Positions 6,216 through 13,870 of a stretch of 20,000 nt of DNA are shown here, piece by piece. The position numbers and the translations under genes were made by a program. Origin of the DNA: an uncultured virus (IMG/VR IMGVR_UViG_3300030451_003166) (taxonomy: Duplodnaviria; Heunggongvirae; Uroviricota; Caudoviricetes; Crassvirales). The DNA is taken from the IMG/VR virus record IMGVR_UViG_3300030451_003166. One strand, given 5' to 3'. Each line of letters opens with the position of its first letter. The first letter of the stretch is position 1. The notes beneath the pieces are model-generated. The model was not told the DNA's origin. It made no database searches and saw only the letters and a list, made by a program, of their open reading frames with translations.

Positions 6216-6371
6216 ATGAAATACGAAATAACATACGAAGATTGGATAGGCATGGGGTGTATTGAAGAAATATCTGCTACTGACGAGAAAGAAGCGGTTA
6301 TGAAACTACAACTAAAGCTTATAGATGAAGGTGATTTAATGACTAAACTAATAGAAACTAAAGAGATATGA
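6216..6371 (+). CDS. Hypothetical protein (51 aa)
   Basis: Manual translation MKYEITYEDWIGMGCIEEISATDEKEAVMKL...; ATGA overlap with the next gene. Confidence 0.65.
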   Translation: MKYEITYEDWIGMGCIEEISATDEKEAVMKLQLKLIDEGDLMTKLIETKEI

Positions 6372-6574
6372 AGTGTATAACAGTATTAGACTTTGAAATA
6401 GGAAAAGTATTTCAATATGAAGTAATGAGACAAGAAGGTTGGAATCCTGACGCTGAAAGTATAGAAGAATTTTTATCTAGTGTTGGTCACAACTTAAGTA
6501 ATTGTGAGTGGATGGTACATAATGACTCTGAAATAGCTTGTAGAAAAGCTCAGTGGACAAGATTTACAAAATAA
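6368..6574 (+). CDS. Hypothetical early protein
   Basis: 68-aa ORF. Confidence 0.7.
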   Translation: MKCITVLDFEIGKVFQYEVMRQEGWNPDAESIEEFLSSVGHNLSNCEWMVHNDSEIACRKAQWTRFTK

Positions 6575-6598
6575 ATACGATAATAGTAAGATAATATA
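6565..6598 (+). promoter_or_regulatory. Repeated promoter-like motif copy 7
   Basis: TACAAAATAAATACGA-TAATAGTAA-GATAATATA; 28 bp identical to copy 6. Confidence 0.75.
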
Positions 6599-6612
6599 AT
6601 AAAATTAAAATT

Positions 6613-7185
6613 ATGAAAATGAAAGATTACAACGGCGACCCAAGATATTGGGCTATATGGGAAAAGATGCAACTGCTTGGTATTCAAGACGTTAGCACTG
6701 AAAGACAAGATAAAAACGGCACAATCGAGTGGCAGTTACCAATCAAAAACAACTGGCCTAACTCAGACCCAGAGTACATTAGAGTAGCTTCTTTTGCTAG
6801 CGGTTATGTAAGAAATCAAAACAGTGGTTATAGTAACTATCAGCTTAACAAAAGATGTATGAGCGAGCCAACATACTACCCAAGTCACAAGTGGGTTGAT
6901 GGCAAACAAGTGCCAGATGGCAAGTATTACAAGTTTCAAACAAGAGGTTGTAAGTTAATACCAATAGAAATAGAAAGACTTGAATATATGCTAGAATATT
7001 GTATTAAAAACTACTACATTAAGCATGCTAATCAAGTACCAAATGGTGATTATGTGCCTAAATGGAGATACGAGTTTGATATGGAAAACGCTGCAAAAGA
7101 TACAGCACACGCTGTAGAACAATGGCAAAACAAAGTTCCAAAAGTATCAGTAATAGTAAACGGACAAAAGTATAATGTAACATGA
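6613..7185 (+). CDS. Hypothetical protein
   Basis: 190-aa ORF after a motif copy. Confidence 0.8.
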   Translation: MKMKDYNGDPRYWAIWEKMQLLGIQDVSTERQDKNGTIEWQLPIKNNWPNSDPEYIRVASFASGYVRNQNSGYSNYQLNKRCMSEPTYYPSHKWVDGKQVPDGKYYKFQTRGCKLIPIEIERLEYMLEYCIKNYYIKHANQVPNGDYVPKWRYEFDMENAAKDTAHAVEQWQNKVPKVSVIVNGQKYNVT

Positions 7186-7388
7186 AAAAGAAAATATTTT
7201 GGAGCGATGAAGCCCATGTACATTGCCACAGAAACAATGGAAAATTGAGAGGTGGCTTGTATTTCAGAGCGTTTGACTTAGTTAAATTTATGAAACTAGT
7301 AGAAAAAGAAGAAGGAGAAGTAGTCGGATTAGAGTTCGAGGGTAATAATGTAAATGTAATAATAAAAGAGCATGAAGAAAATAATTGA
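7182..7388 (+). CDS. Hypothetical protein
   Basis: 68 aa; ATGA overlap. Confidence 0.7.
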   Translation: MKKKIFWSDEAHVHCHRNNGKLRGGLYFRAFDLVKFMKLVEKEEGEVVGLEFEGNNVNVIIKEHEENN

Positions 7389-7542
7389 ATTTTTTTGGAG
7401 TAATAATAATAAAATGTTAATGGAAAACTTAGAAAAATATGAGCAAAAAGAGAAAATTAAACAGCAAAAATCCAAAATACTGGGACAAAAGCAAGTTAAC
7501 CGAAAAACCAATAAAAGAAAAGAAACTGTTTTGCACGGTTAA
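7372..7542 (+). CDS. Possible hypothetical protein (56 aa)
   Basis: MKKIIEFFWSNNNKMLMENLEKYEQKEK...; overlaps the next ORF by about 100 bp. Confidence 0.4.
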   Translation: MKKIIEFFWSNNNKMLMENLEKYEQKEKIKQQKSKILGQKQVNRKTNKRKETVLHG

Positions 7543-7576
7543 AGGTGTCAAAGTATATGGAGTATGGTATAAATAA
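7439..7576 (+). CDS. Small basic protein (45 aa)
   Basis: MSKKRKLNSKNPKYWDKSKLTEKPIKEKKLFCTVKGVKVYGVWYK. Confidence 0.55.
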   Translation: MSKKRKLNSKNPKYWDKSKLTEKPIKEKKLFCTVKGVKVYGVWYK

Positions 7577-7733
7577 CGAGGTGAGGGTGGTAGCGCGTGA
7601 GATGTGTATGAGCAGCCAGTACTACTGGGTAAGTCTCAGTCTTACTCACTTGGCAGAACGGCAGGATAAAGCAAAAATGGTGAGAAACTGGTTTGAAGTC
7701 CACACCATAGAACCACACCTGCCCGACTTCGTT
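7575..7733 (+). ncRNA. Candidate multi-stem structured RNA
   Basis: GC-enriched. Closing stem AACGAGGT/ACTTCGTT; internal stems TGGGTAAG/CTTACTCA, GGCAGG/CCTGCC and ATGGTG/CACCAT. Confidence 0.5.
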
Positions 7734-7767
7734 TACAATACAAATACGAATAAAGCAAGATAATAAA
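7734..7767 (+). promoter_or_regulatory. Repeated promoter-like motif copy 8
   Basis: TACAATACAAATACGA-ATAAAGCAA-GATAATAAA. Confidence 0.75.
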
Positions 7768-7792
7768 CACGTAACAAATAAAATTAAATAAT

Positions 7793-8167
7793 ATGCAAGA
7801 ACTTGAAAACAAGAAAGCTGCGTTAGAGCTTTTACAAAACGAAACTAACGAAAAACTAAACGATTACAAGCAACAAATATCTATATTACAAAAGCAAATA
7901 GATGACTACAACAAACCAGCATTAACACCTATGTATATGGACAAGATATATGAGGCAATTGAGATTGGTGTTGATGGTTTTGACTTTGATGATACTGACA
8001 ACTATGACATTGAGTACGGTATTGATTATGACGGTAGAGTACATTGTGAGAGCTTTGGATTTAGCAATGCGAGTGACTTAGTGCAAGAAGTTGCAGATGA
8101 AGTAATGAAGCTGTTCAGAGAAGCTGAGTGTCCAGATGAAGATGATAACCAAAAAAACCAAGACTAA
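7793..8167 (+). CDS. Coiled-coil and highly acidic protein
   Basis: 124 aa; N-terminal heptad pattern and a D/E-rich C-terminal half. Confidence 0.8.
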   Translation: MQELENKKAALELLQNETNEKLNDYKQQISILQKQIDDYNKPALTPMYMDKIYEAIEIGVDGFDFDDTDNYDIEYGIDYDGRVHCESFGFSNASDLVQEVADEVMKLFREAECPDEDDNQKNQD

Positions 8168-8168
8168 T

Positions 8169-8402
8169 ATGAAAACGCTATATGATAGATTAAAACCACA
8201 GTACAAAGATGTAATATATTCTCATCAAGAAAAATATTCTACATCTATAAACTCTCTTATTGAGACGCTTAAAACAAAACATACTTGGTTTTCACTAGAG
8301 GTAAGTGACGTATCAACGTTTCTAACATTCACAGATGTACCATTATATAACCTAACTAGCTCAGACGTTATGTTTGGCTCTAAATTTTTTACAAATGAAT
8401 AG
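8169..8402 (+). CDS. Hypothetical protein
   Basis: Likely start MKTLYDRLK at 8169, just after the previous stop (ORF track start 8136). Confidence 0.7.
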   Translation: MKTLYDRLKPQYKDVIYSHQEKYSTSINSLIETLKTKHTWFSLEVSDVSTFLTFTDVPLYNLTSSDVMFGSKFFTNE

Positions 8403-8456
8403 AATAAAACCACTTACAAAACCAAAAGGAATTTTTTTAATTACAAACCCAGGAAA

Positions 8457-8711
8457 ATGACAGCATTACAAGTAGAAAAATATATAAGAGAAGATCTTGG
8501 TATGACACCAAGACATGATTGCCATGCATTAGCACAAGCGATAACAGATATATCGTTAGACATGGACTATGATGAGTGCGAGCTAATGTATCTATTACTA
8601 GAAAATAGACCGATAGATGCCTTACACACTCATAGTTATGGCTTTCACACAAGAAACGGAAGAGAAATTATTAACAGAATGAAAAATTATTATTATGAGT
8701 ACACAAGTTAA
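8457..8711 (+). CDS. Hypothetical protein
   Basis: 84-aa ORF. Confidence 0.7.
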   Translation: MTALQVEKYIREDLGMTPRHDCHALAQAITDISLDMDYDECELMYLLLENRPIDALHTHSYGFHTRNGREIINRMKNYYYEYTS

Positions 8712-8961
8712 ACAAGAATTACCTAAATGGTTTAAAGGTGTTGTTTATGACGAAGGAGCAGAAGTTAGAAACCCTTATTCAGGAGAATCAATATACTTAA
8801 ACAATATAGAGTTAAGTATGTACGACCTTACAATGGGAGCTAGCACTGTATACGAGATGTTAAACGGCAACTGTAAACCACAAATAGTTAAAGATCTACG
8901 TAGAGGATTAGACTGGTTTAGAAAATATAACGCAAAAGCGTATATGATATTGTTAGACTAA
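8695..8961 (+). CDS. Hypothetical protein
   Basis: 88 aa; C-terminus ...GLDWFRKYNAKAYMILLD. Confidence 0.75.
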   Translation: MSTQVKQELPKWFKGVVYDEGAEVRNPYSGESIYLNNIELSMYDLTMGASTVYEMLNGNCKPQIVKDLRRGLDWFRKYNAKAYMILLD

Positions 8962-9425
8962 TGTTTTATTATTTACTAGGTTTTCTAATCGTAATATATA
9001 TATATTATGGTTTAGAAGTTTATATACAAGAAAATAAGTTTAAAAAAAATAAAGGAAAAATGAGTACAAGAGCACAAATTAGATTCGCAACAAGAGAAGA
9101 AGGTGTATCGTTTAATGAACATCCAGAAAAATTTCACGCACAGTTTTATAAACACCACGACGGTTATCCTGAAGGATTAGGTATAGACTTAGCAACAACA
9201 TTACTAGGTGGTAATAGTTCTGATGCTGTACCATTAGAAATAGACAGTTTAGACACAAGGCGTGGTGATGTAGAATATATATACTATATATGGCAAGCGC
9301 CATTAAAAACAACTTGGATAAGTATATTTGAAACTAGACCTTGGCAAGATGAAGAGGATAAATGTATATTTGTAGGTGAACCACAAAAACTAATAAACAA
9401 ATACAATACAAATACGAATGACTAA
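8961..9425 (+). CDS. Hypothetical protein (MSTRA...YKHHDGYP type) with in-frame hydrophobic N-terminal extension
   Basis: 154 aa; an alternative start is ATG 9060 (MSTRAQIRF). Confidence 0.75.
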   Translation: MFYYLLGFLIVIYIYYGLEVYIQENKFKKNKGKMSTRAQIRFATREEGVSFNEHPEKFHAQFYKHHDGYPEGLGIDLATTLLGGNSSDAVPLEIDSLDTRRGDVEYIYYIWQAPLKTTWISIFETRPWQDEEDKCIFVGEPQKLINKYNTNTND

Positions 9426-9435
9426 AGATAATAAA
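9402..9435 (+). promoter_or_regulatory. Repeated promoter-like motif copy 9
   Basis: TACAATACAAATACGA-ATGACTAAA-GATAATAAA. Confidence 0.75.
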
Positions 9436-9444
9436 AATAAACAA

Positions 9445-9723
9445 ATGACAAACGACGAATTAAACGACTTAGCAAACAGAATTGTTTCACGTATGGTAAA
9501 GCTAAAGTCAATGGAAGACTGGTTTAATCACGTTGGCAATACAAAAGCAGCATGGTCTAGCTACGAAGATCTTAACTTATCTGAAGAGGTTGAGGCTCTA
9601 GGCGAGGCTGCAAAGCTAATGACTTTGATGAACTTATGTCAAGATGACGAAGAGTACGAAAAATGTGCTATCATAAGAAACAGAATGAATGAAGTAAACA
9701 AGATATTAAAGAAATACAAATGA
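9445..9723 (+). CDS. Protein with C-terminal UVR (UvrB/UvrC)-like helical hairpin
   Basis: DDEEYEKCAIIRNRM resembles the UVR motif. Start moved to 9445 because ATG 9418 lies inside the promoter-like motif. Confidence 0.6.
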   Translation: MTNDELNDLANRIVSRMVKLKSMEDWFNHVGNTKAAWSSYEDLNLSEEVEALGEAAKLMTLMNLCQDDEEYEKCAIIRNRMNEVNKILKKYK

Positions 9724-10559
9724 TGAGAAAAAAACCAATGCTAGCTTATCCAGTTAGCGATAAACCAATAGACTACAACAACACCATATTTATGCAACCA
9801 AAGCTTGATGGCGTACGTTGTCTTATACAATATGATGATGGTAAAGTTACAGCTTATTCACGTACAGGTAAAGTATGGCAAAACATAGAGCATATCACTG
9901 TAAACTTATACAAGTTCTTCGATAAACACCCTAATGTTATACTCGACGGCGAGCTGTATAATCATGACTACAAAGATAATTTTGAACAAATCATATCTAT
10001 GGTCAGAAAAACAAAACCAACAGTAGAGGCACGTGCAGAATCACGCGATAACGTACAGTTTCATTGTTATGATATGTGTAATGAAGCAATGCCATTTGTA
10101 GATCGTATCAAGTTTATATATGATAACTTAAGAGACTCTTATTGTGTTAGAACTGTCGAATCAGAATCTGTTCTCAATGATGCAGATGCTAACTCGTTTC
10201 ACAAATATTGTCTCAAACAAGGTTACGAAGGCTCTATACTACGTATTAACGACGTATACAAGTGTGGCAGATCATGGTCACTACGTAAGTTCAAAGACTT
10301 TCACGACACCGAAGCTACAATCACAGGTTGGGTTGAAGGTAAAGGCAAACGTAAAGGTACTATTGGTAAATTTCTAGCTGTTGATGCTGACGGTATAGAG
10401 TTCGGTATGCCTGTTATGGATAACTTTAAATATCTACAAGACAACTTCAAACTTATGCAAGGTTATGTAGGTAAAACAGCTACGTTTACATACTTTGAAC
10501 GTACTAAAGCTAACAGTTACAGACATCCATTATTTAAATGTATTAGAGATTATGAATAG
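9720..10559 (+). CDS. lig: ATP-dependent DNA ligase
   Basis: Motif I QPKLDGVR, motif III LDGELY, IIIa FHCYD, IV EGSILR, V LRKFK, plus an OB domain. Confidence 0.93.
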   Translation: MMRKKPMLAYPVSDKPIDYNNTIFMQPKLDGVRCLIQYDDGKVTAYSRTGKVWQNIEHITVNLYKFFDKHPNVILDGELYNHDYKDNFEQIISMVRKTKPTVEARAESRDNVQFHCYDMCNEAMPFVDRIKFIYDNLRDSYCVRTVESESVLNDADANSFHKYCLKQGYEGSILRINDVYKCGRSWSLRKFKDFHDTEATITGWVEGKGKRKGTIGKFLAVDADGIEFGMPVMDNFKYLQDNFKLMQGYVGKTATFTYFERTKANSYRHPLFKCIRDYE

Positions 10560-10656
10560 AAATGAACAACAATTTTACAAAGACATTAGCGACTTAACTA
10601 AGGCGTTAACAAGACTAGTAAAAATATTAGAAAAATTAGCAAAAGAACAATTATGA
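10552..10656 (+). CDS. Small helical protein (34 aa)
   Basis: MNRNEQQFYKDISDLTKALTRLVKILEKLAKEQL; overlaps both neighbours. Confidence 0.5.
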   Translation: MNRNEQQFYKDISDLTKALTRLVKILEKLAKEQL

Positions 10657-11135
10657 ATATATTTTACTTAGATAAATGCCCTGACAAAGCGGCTAGATTA
10701 CAATATAATAAACATGTAGTCAAGATGATACTTGAGTCAGCTCAAATGTTGTGTACTGCTCATCATGTGTATGGATTTCCAGAAGACGTACCTTACAAAC
10801 AAGCTCATCTAAACCACCCATCAACTATATGGTGTCGACAAAATAGACATAATTATATGTGGTTATATAGACACATGATAGCTTTAGGTGATGAATATAC
10901 AAAGCGTTACAACAAAACACACATGTCTATAACTAAGTGTAAACATGCATTAAGATCTTATCCAGCATTGATACCTGATGGTGATTTTACACAACCGCCA
11001 CAAGCTATGCCAGACGAGTATAAAGATGAATGTAGTATACAAGCTTATTGGAATTATTACATAGGCGAGAAACACGTAGTAGCAAACCTTAAAACCGAAA
11101 AATTATATGAACAAAGACCTCAGGAAACGTATTGA
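10653..11135 (+). CDS. Pyrimidine-dimer DNA glycosylase-like protein
   Basis: MNIFYLD...KHVVKMILESAQMLCTAH...HLNHPSTIW...PQAMPD motifs. Confidence 0.75.
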   Translation: MNIFYLDKCPDKAARLQYNKHVVKMILESAQMLCTAHHVYGFPEDVPYKQAHLNHPSTIWCRQNRHNYMWLYRHMIALGDEYTKRYNKTHMSITKCKHALRSYPALIPDGDFTQPPQAMPDEYKDECSIQAYWNYYIGEKHVVANLKTEKLYEQRPQETY

Positions 11136-11241
11136 GGAATTTAATAAAATTAAATATCCTCAAGATAATGAAACAAGAATAATTATTGCAAGATTAAAAC
11201 CACAGGGGACTGTGACAACAGCCCCTAATATAAAGGAGTAA
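11107..11241 (+). CDS. Possible small protein (44 aa)
   Basis: MNKDLRKRIEEFNKIKYPQDNETRIII...; fills the gap between genes. Confidence 0.4.
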   Translation: MNKDLRKRIEEFNKIKYPQDNETRIIIARLKPQGTVTTAPNIKE

Positions 11242-11256
11242 TAGGCTAATGTCACA
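11211..11256. promoter_or_regulatory. Inverted-repeat element copy B (TGTGACAACAGCC...GGCTAATGTCACA)
   Basis: Same arms and near-identical span as 3135-3181; the right arm contains ATG 11249. Confidence 0.65.
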
Positions 11257-11881
11257 AGATAGAAATATGAAATACCTAAATGACCAACGTATTATATACC
11301 GACAACACCCTAAAACAGATATACCTGACATCGAAAACGAAATGTATATGTTTTATGAAAACGGTACTCATCAATGCTATGAGTTGTTTAGAAGTAAAGC
11401 TAAAATAACGACGTACAAATCATTAAAGTGGCACTTGCTTGTACTATGGTATTTAAACCCTCAGCTAGACCAAGACGAGTTCTTAAAACTAGCAGAAGTA
11501 ATAACACATAAACCAAACGGCTTTGTAAGCTTTAATATATCTAACGCATTGTTAAATAAAATGGTATATGAGGTTAGCATGTTAGACTTAGAAGAACCAC
11601 CTAAAAATAAATTACGTAAAGTAATATTCAAACCATTTACAGGTTTAACTAAAGAAGAAAAACTAAGCATTGTAGGTAAATTAATAGGTCGTAGTATTAA
11701 AGTATGTGCAGATGATATTTATGAAGTTATGGTAGATTTAAATGATATGGGTAAAAAGATTACTATAGGTAGAATAGCGGGTTTGCTAGACTGCTCTAGT
11801 AGAACAATACATAGAAATATGTGTACACAATTAAAAAGAGAAAAAGAATTATTAAACAAACAACTATGGGAGGACCAATAA
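11249..11881 (+). CDS. DNA-binding protein with C-terminal HTH
   Basis: KKITIGRIAGLLDCSSRTIHRNM fits an HTH pattern. Confidence 0.7.
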   Translation: MSQDRNMKYLNDQRIIYRQHPKTDIPDIENEMYMFYENGTHQCYELFRSKAKITTYKSLKWHLLVLWYLNPQLDQDEFLKLAEVITHKPNGFVSFNISNALLNKMVYEVSMLDLEEPPKNKLRKVIFKPFTGLTKEEKLSIVGKLIGRSIKVCADDIYEVMVDLNDMGKKITIGRIAGLLDCSSRTIHRNMCTQLKREKELLNKQLWEDQ

Positions 11882-12492
11882 ATAAAAACTTAATGGAAGA
11901 TCTTTTAACAGAAGAACAGTTAAGTATTATATCTCATGAATACAAAAGTGGTTTGTATGCTATATGTGGAGTTCCAAACTCAGGTAAAACTACTAGCATG
12001 AGATTTTTATGTAAAATAAAAAACGCAGCAATGTGTGAAAGAGGTAGTAAAAATAAATCTAATCCAGTGATGTTAGATAACCAATGGCCAAACCCACACG
12101 ATTTTACTATAGCTTCGGATGATAGTAATTGTCCAAGTGTTAGAGCTATGCGTAAAGAGTATACTGGTTACTCGCACTTGTTATATTTAAAAAACTACAT
12201 AAAGTTTTGCAGTAAAAACTACGATATAGTATGTATAGATGAGCCTGAGTTTCCGTTACAATATGATGGTAATGAAAAAGACTCTGTAGAAGCTATGAAA
12301 GAAGTTAAACAACTAGCTAACGATTTAGGTGTTATCTTAATAATGACAACACACTGCAAAGACTTTTTGTTATTGTCAGACAAAGCATTTTTTATAGACG
12401 GAAGACAGGTGCCAGCAACAAAACCAATACCATGGGAAAAACATACAGAACTAAAACAAATAGTAAAAAAAATAAACAATGAAACATTATAA
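11866..12492 (+). CDS. P-loop NTPase (divergent RecA/DnaB-like)
   Basis: Walker A GVPNSGKT, Walker B IVCIDE, and EVKQLANDLGVILIMTTH. Start uncertain (11821, 11866 or 11893). Confidence 0.65.
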   Translation: MGGPINKNLMEDLLTEEQLSIISHEYKSGLYAICGVPNSGKTTSMRFLCKIKNAAMCERGSKNKSNPVMLDNQWPNPHDFTIASDDSNCPSVRAMRKEYTGYSHLLYLKNYIKFCSKNYDIVCIDEPEFPLQYDGNEKDSVEAMKEVKQLANDLGVILIMTTHCKDFLLLSDKAFFIDGRQVPATKPIPWEKHTELKQIVKKINNETL

Positions 12493-13237
12493 TATAAGAA
12501 ACTATATAGCGTATAAAAACGATTTAGAGTCTACACTAAAAAGACTACAAACTAAAGAGTACAAAGATTATACTAGAGATGAACTTGTTACTAAGTTTAT
12601 GCCGCTTGTAGAAAACTTAGCTAGAAAGTTTGCGACAACACAACAAGCTTCAGGTGTTATGACAATACTAGACTTAATACAAGAAGGTAATCTATGTCTA
12701 TGCAAAGCTGTTGATCGTATAGACTGGGAAAAACTAAATGAGTCAGACGATAAAGAAAAAACAATAAAATCCTTTTTATCTAAAAGAATAAAAGGTGGTA
12801 TACGTAGAGCTATTGATATTAATAGAGGTCAGATGCGTTTACCCGAACACGTAACAAACAGTATACGTAAAAACTTTGGTAAAGACAAAAAGTCTGTAGC
12901 AATGTTCTTCAACTCTATATTTCTAAGTATAGATGCAGGACCAAGAGATGATGATGATATGCTTTATCAGATTGAAGACCCAACAGAGCCTTACAACCAA
13001 GAGTTTTTAAATATATACTTAATGAGTTTGTTAAAACAACATCTTGATATAAAAGAATATGAGGTGTTACGTATGAGCTATGGTCTTGATTGTGACAAGC
13101 ATTCTGCTGCAGAAATCGCCAAACATCTAGGTATAAAAGGCACTAGCTCTTACGTGCGTGTTTCACAGTTAAAAAAGCAAGCCGTCGACAAGCTTATAGC
13201 TAACGTTGATCACTCGCAAGTGGTTGATTTTCTTTAA
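12479..13237 (+). CDS. Phage-encoded sigma70-family RNA polymerase sigma factor
   Basis: Region 2 LVENLARKF...DLIQEGNLCLCKAVDRID; region 4 EVLRMSYGL...AEIAKHLGI...RVSQLKKQAVDKL. Confidence 0.9.
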   Translation: MKHYNIRNYIAYKNDLESTLKRLQTKEYKDYTRDELVTKFMPLVENLARKFATTQQASGVMTILDLIQEGNLCLCKAVDRIDWEKLNESDDKEKTIKSFLSKRIKGGIRRAIDINRGQMRLPEHVTNSIRKNFGKDKKSVAMFFNSIFLSIDAGPRDDDDMLYQIEDPTEPYNQEFLNIYLMSLLKQHLDIKEYEVLRMSYGLDCDKHSAAEIAKHLGIKGTSSYVRVSQLKKQAVDKLIANVDHSQVVDFL

Positions 13238-13247
13238 GTTATAAACT

Positions 13248-13275
13248 TAAAAGCGTACGCGCTATGTGTGATTAT
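13248..13275 (+). promoter_or_regulatory. Candidate promoter for the recombination/replication genes
   Basis: TAAA-N14-GTGTGATTAT in the intergenic gap before ERF. Confidence 0.3.
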
Positions 13276-13303
13276 ATATATAACAATTTAAACCAATATA
13301 CCA

Positions 13304-13870
13304 ATGAAAGATTTAAACCAAAAGCTAGCTCAAATACAAACTGAGCTAAAAGCAAAAAAATCGAGTTACAACTCGTTCGGTAAATACTATTTTAGAAAAG
13401 CCGAAGACATTTTAGAGGCTGTAAAGCCTTTCCTATTAAAGCATAACGTTACAGTTATAATTAATGAAGAATTAGTTGTAATTGAATCTATTAACGCTCC
13501 AATGCTTAAATCAACAGCAACTATATCAGATGGCGAGAATGCTATACACGCAACTTCTATGGTGGGTGTAGACTTAAACCAGAAAGGTATGCAAACAGCA
13601 CAACAGTTTGGCGCTGCTTCATCTTACGGTAAAAAGTATGCACTTGGTAATTTATTCTTGATCGATGACACTCAAGACGCTGATGGTAGTAATAACCATG
13701 GCAAGTCTAAAGCTGTGTCAAAAATTAAACAAGCTGCAAAACCAGCTATAACAAAAGAACAAATGGCTAAAGCTGTTGAATATGTAGCTGCAGGCGGTAA
13801 CGTTGATGCTATTGAAACTAAATATAAACTAACAGATGAACAAAGAAAAAATCTTACAACGGCTAAATAA
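13304..13870 (+). CDS. erf: ERF-family single-strand annealing protein
   Basis: NSFGKYYFRKAEDILEAVKP and QFGAASSYGKKYALGNLFLIDDTQDAD. Confidence 0.9.
   Translation: MKDLNQKLAQIQTELKAKKSSYNSFGKYYFRKAEDILEAVKPFLLKHNVTVIINEELVVIESINAPMLKSTATISDGENAIHATSMVGVDLNQKGMQTAQQFGAASSYGKKYALGNLFLIDDTQDADGSNNHGKSKAVSKIKQAAKPAITKEQMAKAVEYVAAGGNVDAIETKYKLTDEQRKNLTTAK

Noticed and set aside
7545..7763. 72-aa GTG-start ORF
   Set aside because: It overlaps a better ORF, a structured region and a promoter-like motif. Not fully excluded.
3355..9435. Repeated motif as a CRISPR array
   Set aside because: Spacing is irregular (about 140-1670 bp), the intervening DNA is coding, the repeat centre varies, and no cas genes are present.
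3564..9723. Stop-codon reassignment as the cause of the many tiny ORFs
   Set aside because: Long conserved genes read intact in the standard code, all three stops are used, and the small ORFs show proper start/stop coupling.
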